A stretch of DNA of 63,018 nucleotides from a virus (IMGVR_UViG_3300007541_000022:1-63018), one strand, 5' to 3'; counted from the first letter of the stretch, positions 19,439-29,825 are shown. Notes: a model not told the origin generated them from the sequence alone. Numbers and translations: made by a program.

Positions 19439-22400
19439 TTAAATATCTTCAAAAGATGCACCTGTCGGAGTAATCAAAAATTCAATATCAATGAATTCAA
19501 GTGCTCTTGTCGGTTTTAGGTAAATTTTACCTACTAACGTATTAGAGTCTAAATCTTCAGGTGTGTTAGAAACTGTTACTCTAAAGTCTATCAAACCTCT
19601 ATCTCTTCTGATACCATCTAAGATTGGGTTAACTGAATCTAGGAACTCTTGTCTAACTTGTTCGTCATTCTGTTCGAACAACAATCTTACAGCTACTGCT
19701 GAAATTAGTTTACGAGCTTGTAGTAACAATCTTCTTACGTTAATTCTATCAAGTGCAGATTCTCTAACTTGTAGAGTTTTGTTACCCCAAATTACTGTAC
19801 CTACATCAGAGAAGGTTGCAATTGGGTTTAATCTACCTTTATATAATATGTCTCTATCTTCTTGAGTCAACTTCTTACGTGCTTTAACACCATTTACTAA
19901 ACCTCTTGTGTAACCCGCAGATGCGAACCAAGGGAATGCAATGTTATCAGTTAATGCCAAGTTCCTAACAACCTCCGCAGTTGGTGGAATATAGATTTGG
20001 GTATTATTAACTGAATCTCTTGTTAAAATCCATGGGTAATAAGTTGCAGTATAGTTAGAATCGATACCTGTCTCCTCTAAATTATCTACCGCCTCTTCAG
20101 GATATATGAAACTTGTTTCAAAATCCCCTAATGTCGGTGTAAACATTTGATAGTCAGGAGTAGTACAGATATAAATTGAATCAGCTCTATCTGTTTCAAC
20201 CATATCAATTGCTTCCTCAACAAGATTTGAGTTATTTACATAATCAACACCTGGTGTTGTAAATACGTTAATATTTACTGCTTCAGGGTTTGCGAATGTA
20301 TTCTGACCCCACAAATATGCGTAATAGTCAGTATTAGCCCAAGTCAATTGGTTAGGTCCCGTAATTTGTTTGAACGCTCCCCAACCTGTAGAAGTAGGAT
20401 ATGTGATTGATGGTGCTGCACCTGCCCTATAACCAGCCGCACCTAATTGGTATCTGTCACCGTTAGTTCTATATTCTCTATAGATATCCCATCCATCAAA
20501 ACCACCTGCAGGTGCTAATGTGAATTTACGTGCATTTAATTTATAGTATGGACTAGATTCTGTTGGTTCGCTTCTAAATTCTGCAACTCCAACTTCAAAT
20601 GCTGACTGACCTGAAGTGATGTAAGTTGAAGGAATAGTAACCACTGTTGCTCCTGAATCCATATGGAAACCTTTAGTTAAGTACGCCCATGGTGATGATT
20701 CAGTTGCTTCTTGTAGGTTAGTAGGATTTTGTTTTCCTTTATATTGGAAGAAATCAGAATCGACACCAACAGTATTTGAAACACCTAAGTATACTTTTCT
20801 TACTTTATCACCAGCTGCTCTTGTTTCATTATCAGTACCTGTTGCAGAACCAAAAGGTGGGTTATAAATAACCTGACCAGGTGTGTAGTATTCTGTTTTA
20901 TATTCTAAAAATGGTGATTTAACACCTGCATATTGTCTCGTAACGTAACCACGGAAACCACATGGTAATGAGTCAATTGGTGCATCTTCATTCATTTCTA
21001 ACATGATGTATCTTGACTTCAATTCAAAATCACCATTAGCTGTACCTATTTTCTTAGCGACAAAGCTATTTTGATTTGGGTCCATTGTACAGTTAGTGAA
21101 TTTTTCAAGAACTACAGGATTAGCATCATTATCAAAGAAATCACGAACAACCACATCAAATGTTCCATTGTTGAATGAAATATTAATAATGGAAATTTTA
21201 ACTTCTCTGTTTGCCGAGTTACCATCTGATACTGTAATAAATTTAAACATATCGTAAACTTTATTACCACGAAGTTCAGAAACAACATAAGGTGTTTCAG
21301 GTGTTTGGAACTTATCTAAGTACCAACCAATACCGGTATTATCAATATCAGTTCTTGCACCTTCTAATGATAATAATGTAGTATTAAGACCTCTAATCAT
21401 ACCTTTTCTGTAACCTATGTTTAACATAGTGTTGTATTCCTCTTCTAAGAATAATGGAACTTCAGTTCTTGGTTTTGCAAAATTAGACTTACCAAATACC
21501 TTTGAGATATAGTTAGAACTTGACACATTAAATGATGTCTTAAAAGTAAAATCATCTCCACTTGCTGTAACTCCTGAAATTGCAAAAGTAGCAAATGGGT
21601 TTTTAGTGATTGCCGAATAAGAACCTGAACTATCTATAACAACATCAGTTAAACCTGACACACTATAAACTGCTCCATCATCTGATGTGTATGTAGCTAT
21701 ACCTCTTGAACGTAATGTACCGATAACTAAATCGTGGTATTCACTGATAGGTGTACCTGAATAGTTAGTAACATATACTTCAGCAGTTCCTGTGTAATTA
21801 AAACCTGCAGTATTTTCTAACTCAGTTACAATCATACCAAAACCAACACCTTCATAAATGTTGTTAGATTCACTAAACATTGCATAATACCAAGGGTCGT
21901 TAACTGAATCATTTAGAACAATATCTTCAATATGAATATCCTCCACTCCAAAAACATTTGTACTTGCAGTATATGTTGAAGGAGACGCTCCTGTGACACT
22001 AGCAAATGTAGTGGCACTAACCGCTCCCCAAAAATAACCTGTTGTACCTGAAGCCGCTTGATTAACAATTTCACCATATAGATAACCTTCCATATCTCCT
22101 AATATAGTAGATTCACCACCAGTATATGTAGTGTAAGGTGTAGTTATAATGTCTTCGATTGATGCGGGTAAGTTAGTGTAATCCATAACTTCAATACTTG
22201 TTGTAGTTCCTGATGTACCTGAGAAGGTAACAGTAAAAGGACCTGAAACAGAATTAGTAGTTAAACCTGTACTATCTAAATTACCTACAGTTGTGATTGA
22301 CCATGATGGTCCTGCGTCATACCCTGACAAACCAAGTACTCTTGTTACGAATAATTGATTTGATTGTTGTAAATATGCCTTAGCTATATATGCTGCCTCA

Positions 22401-22624
22401 TATTTAGGAATTTGGGTATTCACGAATTTTGTCGGATTTGTACCACCAAAGTATGCTTGGAACTCGTCAAAGTTTGTGATGAAAATCGGCTCAAAAGCTG
22501 GACCCGAAAGTGTTTCACCTACAATACCAAGAGTTGTTACACCAACACTTTGTGCTACAAAACTTAAATCTCTTTCTGATGTGTAAACACCAGGAGAAAC
22601 GAATACTTTGTTTGCTGTCGCCAT
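19439..22624 (-). CDS. Tail sheath protein, T4 gp18-like (enlarged)
   Basis: N-terminal SPGVYTSERD; C-terminal WFASAGYTRG, LNPIATF, WGNKTL, RINVRRLL, LFEQND, KPTRALEFIDIEF. Confidence 0.95.
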   Translation of the reverse strand: MATANKVFVSPGVYTSERDLSFVAQSVGVTTLGIVGETLSGPAFEPIFITNFDEFQAYFGGTNPTKFVNTQIPKYEAAYIAKAYLQQSNQLFVTRVLGLSGYDAGPSWSITTVGNLDSTGLTTNSVSGPFTVTFSGTSGTTTSIEVMDYTNLPASIEDIITTPYTTYTGGESTILGDMEGYLYGEIVNQAASGTTGYFWGAVSATTFASVTGASPSTYTASTNVFGVEDIHIEDIVLNDSVNDPWYYAMFSESNNIYEGVGFGMIVTELENTAGFNYTGTAEVYVTNYSGTPISEYHDLVIGTLRSRGIATYTSDDGAVYSVSGLTDVVIDSSGSYSAITKNPFATFAISGVTASGDDFTFKTSFNVSSSNYISKVFGKSNFAKPRTEVPLFLEEEYNTMLNIGYRKGMIRGLNTTLLSLEGARTDIDNTGIGWYLDKFQTPETPYVVSELRGNKVYDMFKFITVSDGNSANREVKISIINISFNNGTFDVVVRDFFDNDANPVVLEKFTNCTMDPNQNSFVAKKIGTANGDFELKSRYIMLEMNEDAPIDSLPCGFRGYVTRQYAGVKSPFLEYKTEYYTPGQVIYNPPFGSATGTDNETRAAGDKVRKVYLGVSNTVGVDSDFFQYKGKQNPTNLQEATESSPWAYLTKGFHMDSGATVVTIPSTYITSGQSAFEVGVAEFRSEPTESSPYYKLNARKFTLAPAGGFDGWDIYREYRTNGDRYQLGAAGYRAGAAPSITYPTSTGWGAFKQITGPNQLTWANTDYYAYLWGQNTFANPEAVNINVFTTPGVDYVNNSNLVEEAIDMVETDRADSIYICTTPDYQMFTPTLGDFETSFIYPEEAVDNLEETGIDSNYTATYYPWILTRDSVNNTQIYIPPTAEVVRNLALTDNIAFPWFASAGYTRGLVNGVKARKKLTQEDRDILYKGRLNPIATFSDVGTVIWGNKTLQVRESALDRINVRRLLLQARKLISAVAVRLLFEQNDEQVRQEFLDSVNPILDGIRRDRGLIDFRVTVSNTPEDLDSNTLVGKIYLKPTRALEFIDIEFLITPTGASFEDI

Positions 22625-22701
22625 TGTGTAATTTTTTCTTTAAGTTTTATTTTATTGATAAATATTACGAAAAAGTCTAAAAAACTAATAAGTAAATAGT
22701 A

Positions 22702-22746
22702 TATTTATAAAGAGTAGGAAAAAATTCTACCTTTTTTCTACCTTTT
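22702..22746 (+). promoter_or_regulatory. TATTTAT promoter plus tandem operator-like repeats upstream of RHH gene
   Basis: TATTTAT 22702-22708; TTCTACCTTTT x2 at 22725-22735 and 22736-22746; inverted half-site GTAG at 22714-22717. Confidence 0.55.
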
Positions 22747-22758
22747 AAAAAAGTATTG

Positions 22759-22908
22759 ATGAGTAAAATAAAAAACATAAAAATTTCACCTGAGTCTCAC
22801 GACATCTTAAAGAAGTACTGTGAAAAACACGGACTTAAGATGTATAAGTTCTTAGAGAAATTAATTGAGGAAACATGTGGGGAAGTTACCGATATCTACG
22901 GTGAATAG
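22759..22908 (+). CDS. 49-aa ribbon-helix-helix-like DNA-binding protein (unannotated)
   Basis: MSKIKNIKISPESHDILKKYCEKHGLKMYKFLEKLIEE: alternating beta strand, helix, G turn, helix; fills the gap between sheath and gp15-like genes. Confidence 0.7.
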   Translation: MSKIKNIKISPESHDILKKYCEKHGLKMYKFLEKLIEETCGEVTDIYGE

Positions 22909-23949
22909 TTAAAGTAGTCTTGCTTTAACCTTAAGATTTGCGGGGTTATTAATATCAAATTTTAAAACTTCAATCTTAATTAAATCATTTGTGGTAACTT
23001 TAATAACAGGAACATCATCACCTATATAATTGTTGTTAATAAAAACAGAATAGGTATCAACATTATCACTTTCCAATATAGTTAAATCTACTTGGTATCG
23101 ATAAGTTTCAGTTAGTGCTGTTATTCCCTCATTAAAAACAATATTTAAATCAAAGTTATCGGGATTGGCAGGAACCTTACTTGCTCTACGTTTACGATTA
23201 AATGTGTCGACTTCTAAAAAAGTCGCAGTTCTTGAAATTGCTGGTGACACTTCAAATTCTTCTTCATCTAATAAAAATCCCATCATTAAGAATTCATAAT
23301 TCTGAACATAGTATTTTCTTTTTTCAATATCCAAAACTGACTCATCTGATGAATTATTTAATATGATTGGAATATAATGTCCTTTAATTTCAGTATATGC
23401 TTGGCGAGAACTAAAAGTCTGTAAAACTTTTTTATTAAACTCATTTAGATGTCTCATTTTATTACAAAATATTTTTACATTGTAAGTAATATCAACAGGA
23501 ACTGGTTGAGGTATTTTATAAATGTCCATACCTTTTCTTTGTCCGTCCCACGTTGGAACTTTAGCGTAATAAAATTGTTTTCTATTTGGAATTGTGTATT
23601 GTAATGATGGGTTGGTCCCGAATTTTACATCAGGATTTCTAACCGTGGCAACAAATGGAGGTTTTATGTTTTTATCTAAATCTTGAAAATTCCAACTTTC
23701 AGTAAATTGTGCCCAATTCTGTGTTGTAATAATTAAATCTATTGTCGGTATTTTTTTTCCGCTAACAGAGGTTTCTAAATTTTCTTTTACAAAATCTAAC
23801 ATCCCTCGGTCCAAATCCGCATGCAGAATAGACTTAGGTAAATAAGTTCCGTCTTCCTGTATTTGTTCTAATAATTCTTCTCTTCTTTTTAGAAGAATTT
23901 TTTCAGGAGTTAAAGGTAGTTCTTTTTTTATTTTTTTTGGTAATGCCAT
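22909..23949 (-). CDS. Tail sheath stabiliser / tail completion protein, gp15-like
   Basis: PQPVPVDITYNVKIF...LNEFNKKVLQTF resembles the gp15 core; upstream of sheath. Confidence 0.6.
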   Translation of the reverse strand: MALPKKIKKELPLTPEKILLKRREELLEQIQEDGTYLPKSILHADLDRGMLDFVKENLETSVSGKKIPTIDLIITTQNWAQFTESWNFQDLDKNIKPPFVATVRNPDVKFGTNPSLQYTIPNRKQFYYAKVPTWDGQRKGMDIYKIPQPVPVDITYNVKIFCNKMRHLNEFNKKVLQTFSSRQAYTEIKGHYIPIILNNSSDESVLDIEKRKYYVQNYEFLMMGFLLDEEEFEVSPAISRTATFLEVDTFNRKRRASKVPANPDNFDLNIVFNEGITALTETYRYQVDLTILESDNVDTYSVFINNNYIGDDVPVIKVTTNDLIKIEVLKFDINNPANLKVKARLL

Positions 23950-24407
23950 TATTTTGTTATTTCACTAATAAAGAAAACTTTATCTTTTGAGTTAATCATA
24001 TCTACCTCATTAGCAGTATATATTGGTTCTTCGGTATCTTTTCTAACAAAAGAATCATACTTGTATGGATTATAAGTAATTACATTGTTATTTGGTTCCG
24101 ATGGAATTTCTTCACAAGGAAATTCACAATAGTCCATCAAATTACCAATAACAAAGGCGTGGACATTTTTTCTCATTTCATCCCTTACCTTATCTTTACC
24201 GCCCTGTCTAACTCTAAATTCTACATCTGATAATTTTACATAATCAGCATGGACAACAACTATACCTTTATAAGTAACAGAAAAAGTATGTTTGTGAAGA
24301 TTATAATAAACCATAACTCTTTTACCGATGATTGAATCATCTTCATTTTCATTTATTAAACCCATCATAGATTTAATTTGATTCATTTCTTTAATTAATT
24401 TACTCAT
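23949..24407 (-). CDS. Conserved phage hypothetical protein with I-x-E leader
   Basis: Leader KLIKEMNQIKSMMGLINE, then VYYNLHK..FSV...RKNVHAFV.G...YNPYK domain seen in many phages. Confidence 0.7.
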   Translation of the reverse strand: MSKLIKEMNQIKSMMGLINENEDDSIIGKRVMVYYNLHKHTFSVTYKGIVVVHADYVKLSDVEFRVRQGGKDKVRDEMRKNVHAFVIGNLMDYCEFPCEEIPSEPNNNVITYNPYKYDSFVRKDTEEPIYTANEVDMINSKDKVFFISEITK

Positions 24408-24919
24408 ATTCCTCTGAATTCTCCATCGTTTACTGGTGATGCGGTAATACTTCTATAAAAAGGTTTATACCCACCATATGTATGTTTATTATCACTAACT
24501 ACTCTACCATCATTAACAACTGAATAATATCTAACTCTTTTTTCAGTTTCATAATAACCAATATAGTCACCATATGAAATATCAATACCTAACTCATCTA
24601 ACGCTTTTTGATATACTCCGACTTTTAAATTACCTGGTTCCATTTGAGTCATACGAGAATTTGCATAATCTTGGTTTTCAGGTTGTTCAATAGTCACATA
24701 ACCTCTAAATTCTACAGGAGGTAAAAACTTAATACCATCTTCTTCTGTTTCACCATAAACATCATCAGTCTTAGTTTTTTGACGGTCAACACGATATAAT
24801 ACCAAAGTAAAATTCATATCACCTTCAAGCCATTCTCGACCCATTTCCTGTTCAAGCGCAAAATCTTCAGCCCCAAAGAACTTTTCTAATCGCGTTATAG
24901 GTATCTTTCTTGTACTCAT
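24404..24919 (-). CDS. Neck / head-closure protein, gp14-like
   Basis: DDVYGE, FLPPVEF, GDYIGY pattern; located with tail completion gene. Confidence 0.55.
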   Translation of the reverse strand: MSTRKIPITRLEKFFGAEDFALEQEMGREWLEGDMNFTLVLYRVDRQKTKTDDVYGETEEDGIKFLPPVEFRGYVTIEQPENQDYANSRMTQMEPGNLKVGVYQKALDELGIDISYGDYIGYYETEKRVRYYSVVNDGRVVSDNKHTYGGYKPFYRSITASPVNDGEFRGI

Positions 24920-24965
24920 ATATTGATAAATAGTTTGAATATAGTTATATTATAAATATTTCATT

Positions 24966-26729
24966 ATGGAAAGTAATATAGACAAATTATCAAAAATCCC
25001 TGAAGTTAGGGCCCAGCGTATTTTGGAAACATACGAAGGGTTCAATAACTACATACTTTCTATTAAGAAAAAAAGTGAAAACCAAAAACATTTTAAACTT
25101 ACAAGGGCTCAAGCGGACTATATTATTTCTTATAATGAGACCGTACCTAAATTGGCAAGAAAGTGGGTTGACTTAGATAGTTACTTTGGCACAAAGATGA
25201 TGGAGGAAAAACTTTTAACTAAAGTTCCTGAAAAAATTTATGTAGAAAAAATATTAGTTGAAAAAGATAAGTCTTTTCACATTTGGGGTAAGGTATTTGA
25301 ATCTGAAAAACTATACGATTTTTGGTTACCCAAAGCGGCGTTAATACCGACACAAAAGGTTAAAAACATTGAAATTGATTACGAAAAATATTCTCATAGA
25401 CCTCCACTATCTCATCAAAAAGAAGCTATTGAGAAATTAGCAGGTCACGATAAATACATTCTTGCTGATGATATGGGTTTAGGAAAAACAACATCAACTG
25501 TAATTGCTGCGTTAGAATCAGGCGCTGAAAAAGTTTTAATTGTTTGTCCCGCATCATTAAAAATAAATTGGATGAGAGAAATTCAAAATTACTCTGACAA
25601 ATCAATTTCAATAGTTGACGGTAAAAAATGGGAGAGTGCTGATTTTGTTATCATTAATTATGACATCCTTAAAAATTTTCACAATACTAAAGATAAAGAA
25701 GAGTCTGTCATTTTACAAGAGGCGTTTGATTTAGTAGTTGTCGATGAAGCACACTATATTCAAAATGTTCAAGCTAAAAGAACAAAATTGATAAATGATA
25801 TAATCAATAAAATTGGTAAGGTGTGGTTACTAACAGGTACTCCAATGACATCAAGACCAATTAATTACTACAATCTACTTAATTTAGTTGAATCCCCTGT
25901 GGCTTATAATTGGATGGCATATGTTATTCGTTATTGTGAGGGTTACCAATTTAATGTTGGTAATAGAAAAGTATGGAACGTAAATGGCTCCTCGAACTTA
26001 TTAGAATTAAGAGATAGGACTAAAACTCATGTTCTTAGAAGATTAAAAGAAGATATATTAGATTTACCTGATAAAATTATAACTCCTGTTTATTTGAGAT
26101 TAAAATCAAAAGAATATGAGGAATTAATGGGCGAATATTATGATTGGATGGAGGATGATAGTGAACAAAAATCATTAACTGTGCAATTTTCAAAATTAAT
26201 GAAAGTTCGTCAAGTGATTGCCGAAAATAAAATAAAAGAAACTTGTGAATTGGCTGAAAATATTATTGAACAAGGTAAAAAAGTTATTATATTCACAAAT
26301 TTTACCGATACCTTAAATCAGATTGCTAATCACTTTGGTAAGATTGCAGTTAAACTTGATGGTAAAATGAGTAAACCTGCACGTCAACAATCTGTTGACC
26401 AATTTCAAGAAAATGACAAAATAAAAGTTTTTGTAGGTAACTTAAAAGCGGCAGGTGTTGGTATTACTCTTACCGCGGCTGAAGCAGTTATAATGAACGA
26501 TTTATCATTTGTTCCTTCAGACCACTCACAAGCGGAAGACCGAGCGTACCGATACGGACAAAAATCAAATGTTTCAGTTCTATACCCAATTTTCGATAAC
26601 ACTATCGAAGGTGTTATCTATGATATTTTGTCTCGAAAAAAGAATATTTTTGAGACGGTTATGGGTGATAATGAAGGGAAGGGAGATATTATGGAAGAAA
26701 TCATTAACGAAATTTCGGTTAGACGATAA
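24966..26729 (+). CDS. SNF2-family helicase/annealing ATPase
   Basis: LADDMGLGKT, VCPASLKINW, VVDEAH, LTGTP, AAGVGITLT, QAEDRAYRYGQ. Confidence 0.95.
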   Translation: MESNIDKLSKIPEVRAQRILETYEGFNNYILSIKKKSENQKHFKLTRAQADYIISYNETVPKLARKWVDLDSYFGTKMMEEKLLTKVPEKIYVEKILVEKDKSFHIWGKVFESEKLYDFWLPKAALIPTQKVKNIEIDYEKYSHRPPLSHQKEAIEKLAGHDKYILADDMGLGKTTSTVIAALESGAEKVLIVCPASLKINWMREIQNYSDKSISIVDGKKWESADFVIINYDILKNFHNTKDKEESVILQEAFDLVVVDEAHYIQNVQAKRTKLINDIINKIGKVWLLTGTPMTSRPINYYNLLNLVESPVAYNWMAYVIRYCEGYQFNVGNRKVWNVNGSSNLLELRDRTKTHVLRRLKEDILDLPDKIITPVYLRLKSKEYEELMGEYYDWMEDDSEQKSLTVQFSKLMKVRQVIAENKIKETCELAENIIEQGKKVIIFTNFTDTLNQIANHFGKIAVKLDGKMSKPARQQSVDQFQENDKIKVFVGNLKAAGVGITLTAAEAVIMNDLSFVPSDHSQAEDRAYRYGQKSNVSVLYPIFDNTIEGVIYDILSRKKNIFETVMGDNEGKGDIMEEIINEISVRR

Positions 26730-26771
26730 TAAATTAACTTTCTGTATTATTTATATAGAAACACAAGAAAG

Positions 26772-28337
26772 ATGAAGTTCAAAAGATTAAAAGAAAAAAT
26801 CTCACTGATTGAACATAAAATAAACAAAAGCCAAGACGATAAAAATTATATCACAGAATCGTCTATGCAAATTCCTAAAGAAATTTTATTAGAAATGAAA
26901 AAAATTGGTATTGAAAAATTACCATACTCTTATTCTGCCTTAGAAAGATTCATAGATTCAGAAACTATGGATACCCACTATAATAAACACTACAAAGGGT
27001 ATGTAAAAAAACTAAATGACGCTTTATCTAAAAGAAAAGATGGTGATTTAGAGTTAGAACAAATAATTAAAGGTATTTCTCGTTTTAACGTTACGATTAG
27101 AAATAATGCTGGAGGAGCATTTAATCACGCACTTTTTTGGAAAATGTTGTCACCTGAAAAACAAAGAGCTGAAGGTGAAATATATGACAGAATTGTTAAA
27201 GATTTTGAATCATTTTCAAAATTTAAAAAAATATTCAGTAATGAAGCGGTTAAAAATTTTGGTTCAGGGTGGACTTGGTTAATTTTAACTAAGACAGGTA
27301 ATTTAAAAATTATGTCTACACCTAATCAAGATAACCCACTAATGAACGTGGTTAAAGATGGAGGTTTTCCATTACTAGGGTTAGACCTATGGGAACATGC
27401 TTATTATTTAAAATATAGAAATAAAAGAGACGAATACATAAGAAATTTTTGGTCAGTAATTAACTGGAACTTTGTAAACGATTTATATAAGTTAAGAACA
27501 GAAAAGAAAGTTAACGAAGTAAAATTAGTTAAAGATATTATTACTGAAGGTGCGAGTGCGGGATGTAATAGAAATCAAGTACAAACATATAGAAGATTAT
27601 TTAATACCAATCCTGAGATTAAGAAAAGATTTATGTTTACCATAATGGATATTCTTAAAGAAGTTTTTTCAGAATATTGGTATGAAAAAAATCAATATGA
27701 AAAAGGACAAATGTCAGGAGTTTACGACTACGAACAAGAAGGTCGTTCAGTAATTAATAAATTAAACACAAACTATACTGCTTTTTGTACATTAGTTAAT
27801 GACATAAATCAATATTTGAGAAAATATGGGATAGATGCTATTAACTTTAATAACAAAAACCATCACCAACAGGTTCAAGAAGTTGACAGGTTAAACAAAT
27901 ATTTGATTGAATTAAGATATAGAATTTTTGATTCAGAATCATCAACATTTAAAACTCTTATGGCCGGATTAGATAAAACAAATAAATTTGGTGATAAAAG
28001 AGAAGTTGATGCCGTTGAAAATCTTAAAACTATTTTTAATACAGATAAAGTAACTAAAGTAGGAGAATTAGGTGGTGTTGATGATATGATAGGTGGTGTT
28101 GACGCTGTTGTAGAGTTACCTGATGGTGTTAAAACTATGCAAATTAAACCGTTTAACAATACAAAAAATGAAAACGGTAAAGTAACAGTTTATGGTACCG
28201 CAAACGTAAAACCATATAAAACTGACTACTTAGTATTTCACAATAATAATTTAGGAACCTTAGTTTTTAGTAATCACAACACGTTAATTATTGATGGTAG
28301 ATACGTATTTGACGAAGACTCTCAATATAATAAATAA
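26772..28337 (+). CDS. sod: Fe/Mn superoxide dismutase (Mn-type signature) fused to a C-terminal PD-(D/E)xK-like domain
   Basis: LPYSYSALE, HYNKH, NAGGAFNHALFW, FGSGW, TPNQDNP, DLWEHAYY; about 270-aa extension containing D.IGGVDAVV...MQIKP. Confidence 0.85.
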   Translation: MKFKRLKEKISLIEHKINKSQDDKNYITESSMQIPKEILLEMKKIGIEKLPYSYSALERFIDSETMDTHYNKHYKGYVKKLNDALSKRKDGDLELEQIIKGISRFNVTIRNNAGGAFNHALFWKMLSPEKQRAEGEIYDRIVKDFESFSKFKKIFSNEAVKNFGSGWTWLILTKTGNLKIMSTPNQDNPLMNVVKDGGFPLLGLDLWEHAYYLKYRNKRDEYIRNFWSVINWNFVNDLYKLRTEKKVNEVKLVKDIITEGASAGCNRNQVQTYRRLFNTNPEIKKRFMFTIMDILKEVFSEYWYEKNQYEKGQMSGVYDYEQEGRSVINKLNTNYTAFCTLVNDINQYLRKYGIDAINFNNKNHHQQVQEVDRLNKYLIELRYRIFDSESSTFKTLMAGLDKTNKFGDKREVDAVENLKTIFNTDKVTKVGELGGVDDMIGGVDAVVELPDGVKTMQIKPFNNTKNENGKVTVYGTANVKPYKTDYLVFHNNNLGTLVFSNHNTLIIDGRYVFDEDSQYNK

Positions 28338-28377
28338 ATAATTGTTGTTTTCTTAATATTTATAAAGAAAACACAAT

Positions 28378-29490
28378 ATGTCTGTAATTAACGAACCACA
28401 AAGAACCAAATTATATACGCGTGTAAAACACCTTTTAGGTGCACCAATCCGTAGTGTAGAAATTGAAGATGAAATGATGGACTCTTTATTAGAGTTATCA
28501 ATACAAGATTATGCTCAATACGTAAATGATTGGTTAATTGAATCTCAATGGACCTCATTATACGGTATGAATTTAGATGAACAATCTGTTACTCGTGCAT
28601 TTACAACTCGTTCTTTAGACTGGGAAACTCAATATACTTATGCATATTCTAAGATTGTTGGTTTACAAGCAGGTGGTGATTACGTTCTTAAAAAAGACTA
28701 TATTGACTTAGTTCCGGGTCAACAAATATATGAAATACCTAAAGGCAGAGAATTAAATGAACTTTTGTGGTTTAGTCGTGCAGAATTAGACGCAGCATTC
28801 TTTGACCCATTTATGGGTGGTTTCGGTGGATTTGGAGGTATCGGTTTAGGAGGAGCCGCAGGATTTTCTCAAATGGGTACTATGGGTAATTATTTCATAA
28901 CGCCAGCATTTGATATCTTACTAAGAATGCAAGATATTAATGTTAAAAGAAGAATTATTTCAGGTGAGTTAACTTATAGAGTTACCGCATTACCTGATGG
29001 TAAAAAGGCGGTTCACCTAATGAACGTACCTGGTGGAAAATTTGATTTTGGTAATATACAACATAACGAATATAAAGTTTGGTATTGGTATTATGATACT
29101 GAAGATAGGGAAGATTGTTTAGCAAAAAACCCTGATGTTGTTAGATTACCTTCGGACATACCTATTGATGAAATGAAGTGGGACGAATTAAATTCACCCG
29201 CACAGACATGGGTTAGAAAATGGTTTGTTTCATATGTAAAAGAAACATTAGGTAGAGTTAGAGGTAAATTTAGTGGAAATTTAAAAACACCAGATTCCGA
29301 ATTACAATTAGAATATGATTCTCTATTAACAGAGGCAAAGGACGAGAAGTCAAAACTTATGGAAGAATTGACTCAGAGGTTAGAAAGATTAAGACCTGAA
29401 AAAATGATGGAGAGAGAGGCTAATATTGCTGAAAATCTTAACAAATCTTTACAATATCGTGCAATGCCTCGCCAGATATATGTAATTTAA
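28378..29490 (+). CDS. Neck protein, T4 gp13-like
   Basis: LGAPIRSVEI at N-terminus; WVRKW...KETLGRVRGKF...EAKDEKSKL at C-terminus. Confidence 0.75.
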   Translation: MSVINEPQRTKLYTRVKHLLGAPIRSVEIEDEMMDSLLELSIQDYAQYVNDWLIESQWTSLYGMNLDEQSVTRAFTTRSLDWETQYTYAYSKIVGLQAGGDYVLKKDYIDLVPGQQIYEIPKGRELNELLWFSRAELDAAFFDPFMGGFGGFGGIGLGGAAGFSQMGTMGNYFITPAFDILLRMQDINVKRRIISGELTYRVTALPDGKKAVHLMNVPGGKFDFGNIQHNEYKVWYWYYDTEDREDCLAKNPDVVRLPSDIPIDEMKWDELNSPAQTWVRKWFVSYVKETLGRVRGKFSGNLKTPDSELQLEYDSLLTEAKDEKSKLMEELTQRLERLRPEKMMEREANIAENLNKSLQYRAMPRQIYVI

Positions 29491-29492
29491 AA

Positions 29493-29825
29493 ATGGGAAT
29501 AACAAAGTCATATCCTGTAACTAAAATAATAAACGGTAAGGAAATTATTACGTCAGATAGTATTATTTGTACAAGTTCAACATATACTACAAATGGAGAA
29601 AGTGCGATAATACTTAAAAGTCAAAATCCCTGCACTGTTATTTTAGACGAAACTACAACTGACCACATAACCATTAAAGCAATGTGTGAAGTCACTGTAA
29701 AAACAGACAAACTTATCGATGATGAATATGAAGAAATTCAACTCGATAAGTTTGCATCTATAGAATTAAGATATATTGTTAACGGATGGTATGTTATGTC
29801 ATCAGACGGGTTAAAAAATTCTTAA
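29493..29825 (+). CDS. Small beta-rich protein (fibre/whisker-like domain)
   Basis: ORF directly after neck gene; ends ASIELRYIVNGWYVMS like fibre C-terminal modules. Confidence 0.55.
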   Translation: MGITKSYPVTKIINGKEIITSDSIICTSSTYTTNGESAIILKSQNPCTVILDETTTDHITIKAMCEVTVKTDKLIDDEYEEIQLDKFASIELRYIVNGWYVMSSDGLKNS

